Source: Clostridia bacterium
GTDB taxonomy: Bacteria; Bacillota; Clostridia; TANB77; CAG-465
DNA: 64,000 nucleotides
Direction of reading: 5' to 3'
NCBI GenBank assembly: GCA_028692955.1
Contig: JAQUWH010000004.1
Coordinates: forward strand, 14,407 to 78,406
The position numbers and the translations under genes were made by a program. Under the pieces are notes generated by a model that worked only from the letters and a program-made list of their open reading frames with translations, searched no databases and was not told the DNA's origin. How positions within the stretch are numbered: position 1 is the first letter of the stretch; every line of letters begins with the position of its first letter. Positions 11,423 through 20,824 of this stretch are shown here, piece by piece.

Positions 11423-11911
11423 TTAATCATCTTTTTCTTCATCGTCTAACTTTTTTTCAATTTCTTGTTGCTTTTTATAATTAAAAGCGGCAAACAGTAG
11501 TAAAACTATAAAGGTAAGAAGCGTTGCACTGATAAAAGTAATTAATAATGTAGTAGCAAACAATCCTAAATTGTCTACATAGTGTTCGGCATATCTAACA
11601 TAATTTGAAATACCATTCATAATAGTTACTAAAGCACCAGCAATAATACTATATACTATTGTTGTTTTCATTGTCTTTTTGCCTTCACCAAAAAGGTTAA
11701 TTCCAAGCATTAGGTTACGGATTAAAATGTAGATAGATACCACAAGGAAACAGATAAATTCAGCTACATATTGTTTGAAGCTTGCATTAAATACATAACG
11801 TTGGACGAGCATTGATACAATCAGTGTCACCATTAAAAGTATGCATGCCTCGCCCAATATTTTTTGCTTTTGTATTAAAATTCTTTCATCTTCTTGAATT
11901 TCTTTTTTCAT
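11423..11911 (-). CDS. multi-pass membrane protein co-transcribed with XRE regulator
   Basis: About four predicted TM helices and an acidic tail. The ATG at 11911 lies 6 nt after the XRE stop and follows the SD GGGGGTG. Confidence 0.7.
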   Translation of the reverse strand: MKKEIQEDERILIQKQKILGEACILLMVTLIVSMLVQRYVFNASFKQYVAEFICFLVVSIYILIRNLMLGINLFGEGKKTMKTTIVYSIIAGALVTIMNGISNYVRYAEHYVDNLGLFATTLLITFISATLLTFIVLLLFAAFNYKKQQEIEKKLDDEEKDD

Positions 11912-11916
11912 TCTTT

Positions 11917-12108
11917 TCACCCCCAAAATAAATCATTTAAAGTTTTATTCAGTGCTTTGCAGATGGCAATACAAAGATTAAGAGTAGGATTATAGTTACC
12001 TGATTCAATCATACCAATGGTTTGACGCGTAACTCCTACTATGTTTGCCAAATCTTCTTGTTTCATATCTAGTTCTAATCTTGCAATTTTCATTGGTTTA
12101 TTTTTCAT
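11917..12108 (-). CDS. XRE-family helix-turn-helix transcriptional regulator (short, Cro/C1-like)
   Basis: The HTH motif is QEDLANIVGVTRQTIGMIESG. The ATG at 12108 is preceded by the SD GAGGTG. The ATG at 12093 is an alternative start. Confidence 0.85.
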   Translation of the reverse strand: MKNKPMKIARLELDMKQEDLANIVGVTRQTIGMIESGNYNPTLNLCIAICKALNKTLNDLFWG

Positions 12109-12511
12109 TATGCACCTCACTTTATAAAACAATTATACAATATATATTACTTAATGTCAAATATATATTGCTTTTTTACTTAAAAAATATAAAAATCACC
12201 AAATATAGATTAAGAGTAGTTATTTTTATACTATGACATATGTACTAATAAGTGTTGAAATATACCAGTAATTAGTAATACGTATTAGAGTAAGGAGAAA
12301 ACGTGTAGATTATTTAACTAAAATATTAAAAGGAGTATTAAAAGGTTATATACGTGAAATCATCAATAGGAAAGAAAATGAAGTTCTGTCAGTGGTAATG
12401 ATGGATATTTTTTTGCTTTTTAAATAATTTTATGAAACAATACATTTTTCGTTATCTTTTTTTTCTGATATATGTTATATTATATGTAAAATAAAAAAGT
12501 AAGGTACAGTT

Positions 12512-13195
12512 ATGGAAATTTTAAAAGTAGAAAATTTAGTAAAAACTTATGGAAAAGGGGAAAACAAAGTAGATGCTGTTAATAATATCTCTTTTAGTAT
12601 TCAAAAAGGAGAATTTGTTGCCATAGTAGGAGCTAGTGGTAGTGGTAAATCTACATTATTACATTTATTAGGTGGAGTAGATCGACCTACTTTAGGAAAG
12701 GTAATTATTGATGGCAAAGATATTTATTCTTTAAGTGATGATGATTTAGCCATTTTTAGAAGAAGGAAAATCGGACTTATTTATCAGTTTTATAATTTAA
12801 TACCAATATTAAATGTAAAAGAGAATATTACACTTCCTTGTGATCTAGATGGGAAAGAAACAAATAAAGAAAGATTAATGGAACTTATTAGAACATTAGG
12901 ATTAGAAAAAAGAATTAACCATTTGCCAAATCAATTATCAGGTGGACAACAGCAACGTGTATCAATAGGGAGAGCTATGATTAATAATCCAGCTTTAATG
13001 CTTGCAGATGAACCAACAGGAAATTTGGATTCGAAAGCAGGTGAAGAAATCCTCTCTCTTTTGAAATTATCCAATAAGAAGTTTGAACAGACAGTCATCA
13101 TTATCACTCATGATTTAGATATCGCAAAAGAAGCGGATAGAGTTATTACGATTGAAGATGGAAAGATAGTAAAGGATGAGAAAAACGAAAAATAA
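12512..13195 (+). CDS. ABC transporter ATP-binding protein (MacB/LolD-like)
   Basis: Walker A GASGSGKST, signature LSGGQQQR, Walker B LMLADEPTGNLD. Confidence 0.93.
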   Translation: MEILKVENLVKTYGKGENKVDAVNNISFSIQKGEFVAIVGASGSGKSTLLHLLGGVDRPTLGKVIIDGKDIYSLSDDDLAIFRRRKIGLIYQFYNLIPILNVKENITLPCDLDGKETNKERLMELIRTLGLEKRINHLPNQLSGGQQQRVSIGRAMINNPALMLADEPTGNLDSKAGEEILSLLKLSNKKFEQTVIIITHDLDIAKEADRVITIEDGKIVKDEKNEK

Positions 13196-13210
13196 AAGAG
13201 GGTTGGGAAA

Positions 13211-15751
13211 ATGAATATATTAAGAAAGTTTACGATTCAAAATTTAAAGTTGAATAAAAAAAGAACCATAGTAACAATCATTGGAATTATGCTATCAACT
13301 GCTTTAATTTGTGCCGTAGCAGGAATGGTATCTAGTACGCAAGAAACCTTAATAGAAACAATGAAAACTAGTAAGGGGGATTATCATGCAACTTTTAAGC
13401 AGGTACCTAAAAGTGAGTTGCAATCAATAGAAGAAAATAAAAAGATAGCATCCTATTTTTTAACTAGAACACTAGGCTATGCAAAAGCAACAGAGAGCAA
13501 AAATGAAAGCAAGCCGTATTACTATGTAATGGAATATGATAAAATGGCTTTACAAAAAAGTGCATTCACAATAATAGAAGGAAGAATGCCAGAAAATAGC
13601 AATGAAATAGTAATATCAAAACATATTATTGATAATGCAAAAATAGATTTAAAAATTGGAGATTCCATTACCTTAGATATTGGAACGAGACAATTAACAG
13701 ATGGAACCGCTTTAGAGCAATCTAATTCTTATTTAGAAGAGAAGAACAAAGAAGGAATGGAAGAAGAAATTGTTAATGCCAAATCGAAAATCTATCAAAT
13801 AGTTGGTATTATAGAAAGACCAAGCTATTTATTAGAAGGCTTTTCAGCACCTGGTTATACTATGATTTCTTATCTAGAAAATACAGAAAATATAGCAGAG
13901 GCCAATATTTCTATTACTTATGAAAATCCAAAAGATTTCGATGAAGAGACAGCTCAAATTTTAAAAACAATTAAAAATAATACAGGCATTGAAATAGAAA
14001 AAACAGTCAACTCTGACTTATTAAGATTTCAAGGTGCACTTGGAGAAGCTACCCTAAAAGTACTATATGGCATTGCTACTGTTGTTATTTTAATTATTGT
14101 TGTTAGTAGTGTCTTTGTTATTAGAAACAGTTTTAGTATATCCGTATCAGAAAAAACAAAGCAATATGGAATGCTTACTTCTATTGGCGCAACCAAAAAA
14201 CAAATATCTAAAACTGTATTATTAGAAGGATTATTTATAGGGCTAATTGCCATTCCACTTGGCATTATACTTGGTATTGTTGCTATCAATATATTGATTA
14301 TCATTGTAAATTACTTATTAGGAGATATGTTAAATGGAACCAGCTTTATTTATAGTGTTCCTATTTTACCAATTGTACTTTCTGCAATTATATCTTCTAT
14401 CACCATATATCTGTCTTGTATGATACCAGCAAAAAGAGCTGCTAAGATATCACCAATCGAGGCAATACGTGGTAACAGCGATATTAAAATAAAAGCAAAG
14501 AAATTAAAAACGACTAAATTAACCAAAAAATTATTTGGTATAGGTGGTGTGATTGCTAGTAAAAACTTAAAGAGAAATAAGAAAAAATATAGGACAACAG
14601 TTATATCATTAGTTGTTAGTATTTCTATCTTTATTTCACTTTCATCTTTCTTAGAATATGGAAAAAAGATGACAGGAATGTATTATATGGATATGGATTA
14701 TAATGTAACGGTATCTAGTGGAACAAAAGAACTTTATCAAGAGATTATGAAATTAGATAATATTAAACAATCTTCCTATTCTTATATTACCTCTGCTATA
14801 TTAGATGTTGAGAAATATGGTACGGAATATGGTAAAAAGCTAAATGCTACTTATGGAGATGAGGACCGACCATCAGAAGGCTCTATTTCTGTGATAGCAC
14901 TAAATAATGAATATTTTGATTCCTTTGCAAAAGAGTTAGGCATCAATGAAAAAGACTTAAAAAACGTTGTTATTTTAGAAGATGATCTAATGCGTTCTTT
15001 TGAGGATGGTAGTAGAAAAGTAGAGAATTTCTATCATCTAAATACGGGGGATACCTTTACTTTAAAAATAAAAGGTACAGAAAGAGAAGTAAAAATAACA
15101 AAAAAATCAGACATTAGACCAATGGGTTATGAACAAAGTTATGCAGATGGAGGATGGCTATTTGTATCAGAGGATTTCTTACAAGAACAAGAAAAAAACT
15201 ATGTTTCTAGTTTAAATATTGAGGCCTCTGATGCAACAAAGTTGGAAAATAAACTAACAGAACTAAAATCTCAAAATGAAAGTTATGCAAATATTAATGT
15301 GACTAATTATGAAGCTTATCTAAAACAAGAGCAAAGATTAATTTTATTAATATCTATTTTCTTATATGGTTTTATAGCAGTAATCACATTAATAGGTGTT
15401 ACTAACATCTTTAATACCATTACCACAAATATGATATTAAGAAGCAAAGAATTTGCCAACTTAAAATCAGTAGGAATGACAAGCAAAGAATTTAATAAAA
15501 TGATTCGATTAGAAAGTATTTTATATGGTTTAAAATCACTATTAATTGGTATACCAATCGGGTTATTTGGGTCATATGCTATTTACTATTCATTTGCCAA
15601 TGCTATTGATTTTGGATTTATATTCCCTTGGCAATCAATTTTAATATCAATTATATTTGTATTTGTAATTGTAGGCTTAACGATGAGATATTCCTTAAAT
15701 AAAATTAATAAACAAAATATTATAGATACGATTAGACAAGATAATATATAA
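13211..15751 (+). CDS. ABC transporter permease with two FtsX-type domains and large extracytoplasmic loops
   Basis: 846 aa. It has an N-terminal TM, a large loop and a four-helix FtsX block. A second loop and FtsX block follow. It lies adjacent to the ATPase gene. Confidence 0.9.
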   Translation: MNILRKFTIQNLKLNKKRTIVTIIGIMLSTALICAVAGMVSSTQETLIETMKTSKGDYHATFKQVPKSELQSIEENKKIASYFLTRTLGYAKATESKNESKPYYYVMEYDKMALQKSAFTIIEGRMPENSNEIVISKHIIDNAKIDLKIGDSITLDIGTRQLTDGTALEQSNSYLEEKNKEGMEEEIVNAKSKIYQIVGIIERPSYLLEGFSAPGYTMISYLENTENIAEANISITYENPKDFDEETAQILKTIKNNTGIEIEKTVNSDLLRFQGALGEATLKVLYGIATVVILIIVVSSVFVIRNSFSISVSEKTKQYGMLTSIGATKKQISKTVLLEGLFIGLIAIPLGIILGIVAINILIIIVNYLLGDMLNGTSFIYSVPILPIVLSAIISSITIYLSCMIPAKRAAKISPIEAIRGNSDIKIKAKKLKTTKLTKKLFGIGGVIASKNLKRNKKKYRTTVISLVVSISIFISLSSFLEYGKKMTGMYYMDMDYNVTVSSGTKELYQEIMKLDNIKQSSYSYITSAILDVEKYGTEYGKKLNATYGDEDRPSEGSISVIALNNEYFDSFAKELGINEKDLKNVVILEDDLMRSFEDGSRKVENFYHLNTGDTFTLKIKGTEREVKITKKSDIRPMGYEQSYADGGWLFVSEDFLQEQEKNYVSSLNIEASDATKLENKLTELKSQNESYANINVTNYEAYLKQEQRLILLISIFLYGFIAVITLIGVTNIFNTITTNMILRSKEFANLKSVGMTSKEFNKMIRLESILYGLKSLLIGIPIGLFGSYAIYYSFANAIDFGFIFPWQSILISIIFVFVIVGLTMRYSLNKINKQNIIDTIRQDNI

Positions 15752-15827
15752 TCAAAAGAAATAACATAACACAGGATTTCTATAGAATCACTGTTATGTT
15801 TGATTATAAAAGGTAAATCAGTATGTT

Positions 15828-15860
15828 AACAACCAACTTTTTAGTTGGTTGTTATTTTTT
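15828..15860 (+). terminator. rho-independent terminator after ABC operon
   Basis: Perfect 11-bp stem AACAACCAACT/AGTTGGTTGTT, loop TTTT, then ATTTTTT. Confidence 0.8.
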
Positions 15861-15923
15861 CTTTATAAGTAGTATGGCTTGAGTTTTGTCAAAAAATGTT
15901 GTAAAATATACTTGGTGATAAAA

Positions 15924-16475
15924 ATGAAGAAAGAACAAGTGGAAAAAGATATAGAGAAAATAGAGGAAGAAATAACAGTTAAAAGAAAACAAGCAAAAAA
16001 GACAATGAAAAAAACAGTAGATGAATACAAGAAATTTGCTCTAAAAGGAAATATGATTGACTTAGCAATTGGTGTTGTGATTGGTGGTGCGTTTACGACT
16101 ATTATCAATGCCATCGTCAATACAGTGATCACTCCATTAATTAGCTTGTTAACAAATAAGGTGGATTTATCTACTTTGTTTATCTCGCTTACTGGTGGAA
16201 AATTTGATACGTTAGCTCAAGCTAAAGAGGCAGGAGCAGTCACAATGAACTATGGTTTATTATTAAATGCATTTCTAAACTTCTTTATCGTTTCTGTGGT
16301 GCTATTTATTGTGGTGAAATATATTGATAAAATAAAGAAGAAAGCAACAAAACAAGCAGAAGTAGTCATTAAAGACACAACAAAAGAATGTCCGTATTGT
16401 TTAAGTAAAGTACCAGTTAATGCTATAAAATGTGCATATTGTACGAGTGATTTGGTAGAAAAGGTGGAAGTATAA
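15924..16475 (+). CDS. mscL: large-conductance mechanosensitive channel MscL with charged N-terminal extension and C-terminal zinc-ribbon
   Basis: The MscL core is EYKKFALKGNMIDLAIGVVIGGAFTTII. The C-terminus carries CPYC...CAYC. The start is uncertain: ATG at 15924 with a weak SD, or ATG at 16005 giving a canonical MKKTVDEYKKFALKG N-terminus. Confidence 0.85.
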   Translation: MKKEQVEKDIEKIEEEITVKRKQAKKTMKKTVDEYKKFALKGNMIDLAIGVVIGGAFTTIINAIVNTVITPLISLLTNKVDLSTLFISLTGGKFDTLAQAKEAGAVTMNYGLLLNAFLNFFIVSVVLFIVVKYIDKIKKKATKQAEVVIKDTTKECPYCLSKVPVNAIKCAYCTSDLVEKVEV

Positions 16476-16476
16476 G

Positions 16477-17346
16477 TTGAATAATATTAATATTTTGGTA
16501 GATTGTTTTAATCTAAAATATACATTAGAATGTGGTCAATGTTTCAGGTGGGAAGCAGTAGAAAACAAACCTAATACCTATATTGGTGTGATACATGATA
16601 GAGTTTTAAAAATAACACAAGAAGGTAATTTGTTATCTGTTAGTAGTAATAAAGAAGAAGATTTAGAAGAAATAGTAAAAGAATATTTTGATTTAAATAA
16701 AGATTATAGCAAAATTGAAAAGAAGATAGCAACTTTTGACAAAAAAATAGCTACTGCTGTCAAAAACACCAGCGGTATTAGACATTTAAGACAAGACTTT
16801 TTTGAAACATTACTCTCTTTTATTATTTCAGCAAATAATAATATTCCAAGAATCACAAAATCCATTCAAACGATTTCAAATCGATATGGTACAAAGGTAA
16901 TGTTTGAGGGCAAGGAGTATTCCTTATTCCCAACAAAAGAACAATTAAAGAATGTGACAGTAGACGAGTATAGAGAATGCGGTGTAGGATTTAGGGACCG
17001 TTACTTAAAAGATACGGTAGAAGATCTGCTAAACAATAAAATAGATGTGAGTAACGTGGATAAGTTAAGTACAGAAGAATTAAGAAAAAAACTATTGACA
17101 TTAAAGGGAGTAGGACCAAAGGTAGCAGATTGTATTATGCTATTTTCTTGCAATAAAGATGAGGTGTTTCCTATCGATGTGTGGGTAGAAAGAGTCATGT
17201 CAATTTTGTATTTTAAAGAATACAAAGGGAAGATGACAAAAAAAGATATCATGGAATATGCCACTAAAAAGTTTGGAAAATATGCAGGTATCGTACAACA
17301 ACATTTATTTTATAATATTCGTGAAGGAAAAATAAATTTAGGTTAG
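16477..17346 (+). CDS. ogg: 8-oxoguanine DNA glycosylase (OGG1-type, HhH-GPD)
   Basis: OGG_N motif CGQCFRW, ISANNNIPRIT (compare hOGG1 SSNNNIARIT), HhH LKGVGPKVADCI, catalytic-Asp region FPIDVWV. TTG start. Confidence 0.85.
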   Translation: MNNINILVDCFNLKYTLECGQCFRWEAVENKPNTYIGVIHDRVLKITQEGNLLSVSSNKEEDLEEIVKEYFDLNKDYSKIEKKIATFDKKIATAVKNTSGIRHLRQDFFETLLSFIISANNNIPRITKSIQTISNRYGTKVMFEGKEYSLFPTKEQLKNVTVDEYRECGVGFRDRYLKDTVEDLLNNKIDVSNVDKLSTEELRKKLLTLKGVGPKVADCIMLFSCNKDEVFPIDVWVERVMSILYFKEYKGKMTKKDIMEYATKKFGKYAGIVQQHLFYNIREGKINLG

Positions 17347-17401
17347 CTAATAGTTGCAAAAAAAATGCTAATACTATATAATGTAATCGGAGGTTTATTT
17401 T

Positions 17402-17905
17402 ATGGAAAATAAAGAAATAAATAATACACAAAAAAATACAGGAGTAAATACAATCATTATTATATTATTAATAATTGTTGTTTTAGTAGGAGCATATTTC
17501 ATCTTTTTTAGAAATAGTGCTAATGTCAAATTGGATTTAAACGCTATTTCAAATTCAATTACTACCACTGGTAAATTTGATGAAATGGCTATGATGGACA
17601 TTACAAAAGATGTTGCTACATCAATTTACAACATACCAGAATCTGACATTGAAGAGATTTATGGTAAGATGCCTATGATGAATGTGCAAGCAAGTACATA
17701 CCTTATGATAAAAGCAGTAGATGGTAAAGCAGGAGAGGTAAAACAAAAATTAGAAGAATATGGAAATAAGTATCAAGAACAATGGGAAACCTATCTGCCA
17801 GCACAACTTGAGTTGGTAAAGAATAGAATCATTGTACAAAAAGGTAATTATGTTTATATGATAATTGCTGAAAATGCAACAGAGTTAGAAAAATTGATAA
17901 AATAG
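17402..17905 (+). CDS. membrane-anchored DUF4358-like protein
   Basis: Single N-terminal TM helix plus a ~120-aa domain. The call rests mainly on its position upstream of the MBOAT/DHHW genes, which recalls the common clostridial gene trio. Confidence 0.6.
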   Translation: MENKEINNTQKNTGVNTIIIILLIIVVLVGAYFIFFRNSANVKLDLNAISNSITTTGKFDEMAMMDITKDVATSIYNIPESDIEEIYGKMPMMNVQASTYLMIKAVDGKAGEVKQKLEEYGNKYQEQWETYLPAQLELVKNRIIVQKGNYVYMIIAENATELEKLIK

Positions 17906-17913
17906 TTTTTTAC

Positions 17914-17951
17914 GCTCTCATCGATTAAATTTTGGTGAGAGCATTTTTTTT
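17914..17951 (+). terminator. intra-cluster terminator/attenuator hairpin
   Basis: Stem GCTCTCA/TGAGAGC followed by T8. It lies between the DUF4358-like gene and the MBOAT SD GAGGTG. Confidence 0.6.
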
Positions 17952-17961
17952 GAGGTGCAGT

Positions 17962-19368
17962 ATGGTTTTTAGTAGCGTAGTATTTTTATATATTTTTCTT
18001 CCTATTATGCTTTTTGTCTATTTTATAGTACCAAAGAAATTTAAAAATGCTGTTATGATTATAGCAAGCTTAATTTTCTTTGCCTGGGGCGAGATACGTT
18101 ATATTATTATCATGTTAATACTGGCTGTGATGGACTATTTTTGTGGACAGAAGATTAATCAATATTTTGATAATAAGAAGAAAAAAAGAATATTTTTATG
18201 GATTGATATTGGTGTAAATTTGCTCATATTATTCTTCTTTAAATATTCAGATTTTATCATATCCAATATTAATTTAGTAACAGGTTTTGATATACCGTTA
18301 CTAAACATTCCACTTCCTATAGGTGTATCGTTTAATACATTCCAGTCTTTATCGTATATTATCGATGTATATCGTGGAACAGTAAAGTGTGAAAAGAGTT
18401 TTTATAACTATTTAACCTATACTACTCTATTTCCACAAATCATTGCAGGACCAATCGTTAGATATGAGACTGTGGATGAAGAGTTAGTTGATAAAAAAAT
18501 TAGTATGCAAAATTTTACCAAGGGAATGAAACGTTTTATACTAGGACTTGGTAAGAAAGTACTAATAGCAAATAACGTAGGAAAACTCTGGGCGATTATT
18601 GAAAGTGGAGAATACATCACTTTATCGCCAAGTCTTGCTTGGATAGGATTAATTGCTTTTGGTTTGCAAATCTATTTTGATTTTAGTGGATACTCGGATA
18701 TGGCAATTGGTCTTGCTAATATATTTGGTATGAATTTTAATGAAAACTTCAATTATCCCTATATATCAAAAAGCATCACGGAATTTTGGCGTAGATGGCA
18801 TATGACACTTAGTAGTTGGTTTAAAGATTATATCTATATACCACTAGGCGGAAATAGAAAAGGACTTGCCATACAGATTCGAAATATACTGGTTGTTTGG
18901 TTCTTAACAGGAGCCTGGCATGGAGCTTCATGGAATTTTATGCTATGGGGGCTATATTTTGGTATCATCTTGATACTAGAAAAGTTATTCTTACTAAAAT
19001 TGCTAGAAAAATTACCACGAATTATAAGGCACATATATTCCATATTCTTAATATTAATCAGCTGGCTAATCTTTGCCTTTGAGGATTTAGGGAAAATAGG
19101 AGAATATTTTAAAGCACTATTTAACTTTAATTTTTCTGTTAGTTATAACACAGAAGGAATTTATTATCTAAAGAACTTTGCCTTGATTATCATCATTGGT
19201 ATAATATTATCTACACCACTGATAACAAAGCTATTAAGAAAAATGGAAAGCAAGAGTAAAGTAATCCCTAGTGTTATTACAACATGCTTATATATCGCTA
19301 TCTTCCTATGTTCCACTGCTTATTTAGTAAGTGATTCGTTTAACCCATTTTTGTACTTTAGATTTTAG
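17962..19368 (+). CDS. MBOAT-family O-acyltransferase (AlgI/DltB/PatA-like)
   Basis: Multi-pass membrane protein with MBOAT motifs (FWRRWHMTLSSWFKDYIYIPLGGNR, TGAWHG). The ATG at 17962 follows the SD GAGGTG. Confidence 0.9.
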   Translation: MVFSSVVFLYIFLPIMLFVYFIVPKKFKNAVMIIASLIFFAWGEIRYIIIMLILAVMDYFCGQKINQYFDNKKKKRIFLWIDIGVNLLILFFFKYSDFIISNINLVTGFDIPLLNIPLPIGVSFNTFQSLSYIIDVYRGTVKCEKSFYNYLTYTTLFPQIIAGPIVRYETVDEELVDKKISMQNFTKGMKRFILGLGKKVLIANNVGKLWAIIESGEYITLSPSLAWIGLIAFGLQIYFDFSGYSDMAIGLANIFGMNFNENFNYPYISKSITEFWRRWHMTLSSWFKDYIYIPLGGNRKGLAIQIRNILVVWFLTGAWHGASWNFMLWGLYFGIILILEKLFLLKLLEKLPRIIRHIYSIFLILISWLIFAFEDLGKIGEYFKALFNFNFSVSYNTEGIYYLKNFALIIIIGIILSTPLITKLLRKMESKSKVIPSVITTCLYIAIFLCSTAYLVSDSFNPFLYFRF

Positions 19369-19382
19369 AAAGGAGCAATAAA

Positions 19383-20513
19383 ATGAGTAGTAAATTAAAT
19401 AATAGAATATTTTTCTTTAGTTTTATGCTAATTTGGCTTGTGTTTATTATTTTAAATTTTGTTGTTCCTAATATCTCTTTCTCAGAACAAGAAAATAGGG
19501 CACTGGCAACAGTACCAGATTTCACATTTCAAAAGTTAGTAGATGGCGTCTATGTCAGTCAAATGGATGATTACATTAACGACCACTTTGTATTCAGAAA
19601 TAACTGGATTAAAGCAAAATCTACTTTTGAAAGAGCACTCGGAAAAGATGAAAATAACAATGTGTATATTGGAAAAGATGGCTATCTATTCGAAAAAAAG
19701 TTACTTTCAAAAGAAGATTATAAAAATATAGATAAGGCAGTAGCAAGTATCAACAGTTTAAAACAGAAAATAAACACAAAAACATATTTTATGCTACTTC
19801 CTAATGCGATGAATCTATATAGCGATAAACTACCAGATTATGCTACAACGTATGACCAAAATGAAGTAATGGATTATGTGTATAACCTATTAAATAAAGA
19901 CATTACAAAAATTGATACTAGAACAGTGCTAAACAAAAATAAAGAAGAATATCTATACTTTAAAACAGACCATCATATGACAAGTCTTGGAGCATTACTT
20001 TCCTACAATGAATTTAGAGAAAAAACACTAGCAAAAAAATTAAATGAAATGGACTATGTCAAAATAAGGGTAGCAAGAGATTTTTTAGGAACGCTTGATT
20101 CCAAAGCACAAATACAAAACCAAGAAGAAGATAAGATTGATGTATACTTTAATGAGTCAAATATTAATATTGAATCTGTTTATTATGATGGTAAACTTTC
20201 TAATACGTTATTCAATGAAGATTACTTAACTAAAAAAGATAAGTATTCCTATTTCCTAAACGCTAATAATGCAGAAGTTATCATTAATACGAAAAACAAG
20301 AATGGTAAAAAACTACTAGTAATCAAAGATTCCTATGCTCATATCATGTCACCATTTATGTGTGCAGATTACGAACAAATTGTATTACTAGATCCAAGAT
20401 ATTACAAAGCATCTATCTCAAACTATATCAACAAAAACAATTTTTCAGAGGTGCTATTTATCTATAACGTGGCTAATATCTTAAGTGACATTAGTATTAG
20501 AGGAATTACATAG
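19383..20513 (+). CDS. DHHW-family protein (AlgJ/AlgX/PatB-like extracytoplasmic partner of MBOAT)
   Basis: N-terminal TM anchor and the FKTDHHMTSLGA motif (DHHW-type). Located immediately downstream of the MBOAT gene. Confidence 0.75.
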   Translation: MSSKLNNRIFFFSFMLIWLVFIILNFVVPNISFSEQENRALATVPDFTFQKLVDGVYVSQMDDYINDHFVFRNNWIKAKSTFERALGKDENNNVYIGKDGYLFEKKLLSKEDYKNIDKAVASINSLKQKINTKTYFMLLPNAMNLYSDKLPDYATTYDQNEVMDYVYNLLNKDITKIDTRTVLNKNKEEYLYFKTDHHMTSLGALLSYNEFREKTLAKKLNEMDYVKIRVARDFLGTLDSKAQIQNQEEDKIDVYFNESNINIESVYYDGKLSNTLFNEDYLTKKDKYSYFLNANNAEVIINTKNKNGKKLLVIKDSYAHIMSPFMCADYEQIVLLDPRYYKASISNYINKNNFSEVLFIYNVANILSDISIRGIT

Positions 20514-20552
20514 AGATAAAAAAAGAATAATATAAATAAGATAATATACAAT

Positions 20553-20595
20553 TAACACATTAAAATATTAGTTGACTAGTATTTTAATGTGTTTT
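20553..20595 (+). terminator. rho-independent terminator after DHHW gene
   Basis: 14-bp stem AACACATTAAAATA/TATTTTAATGTGTT followed by a T-run. Confidence 0.75.
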
Positions 20596-20824
20596 TACAT
20601 GCAAATTGACTCATAAAACTATTGTATAATATACAAAAAATATGTGCAAACTATCTATAAATAAGGAGATGAAACAAAAATAAAAAGACAATGTTGAAAA
20701 ATGTCATAAATCGCTTGTAAAAAGATATGGTATACGATAAAATATATAGTATATGTTATATATTTATCAAAAGTAAAAGTAAACAAATAGCAAGAAACAG
20801 TAAGTAAATAGGAGGTTTGAACAA

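Noticed and set aside
12340-12390. A 14-codon mini-ORF (VKSSIGKKMKFCQW) upstream of the ABC transporter, considered as a possible leader peptide.
   Set aside because: It has a GTG start with only a weak SD. I could not identify an alternative terminator/antiterminator structure. It is indistinguishable from chance in AT-rich DNA.
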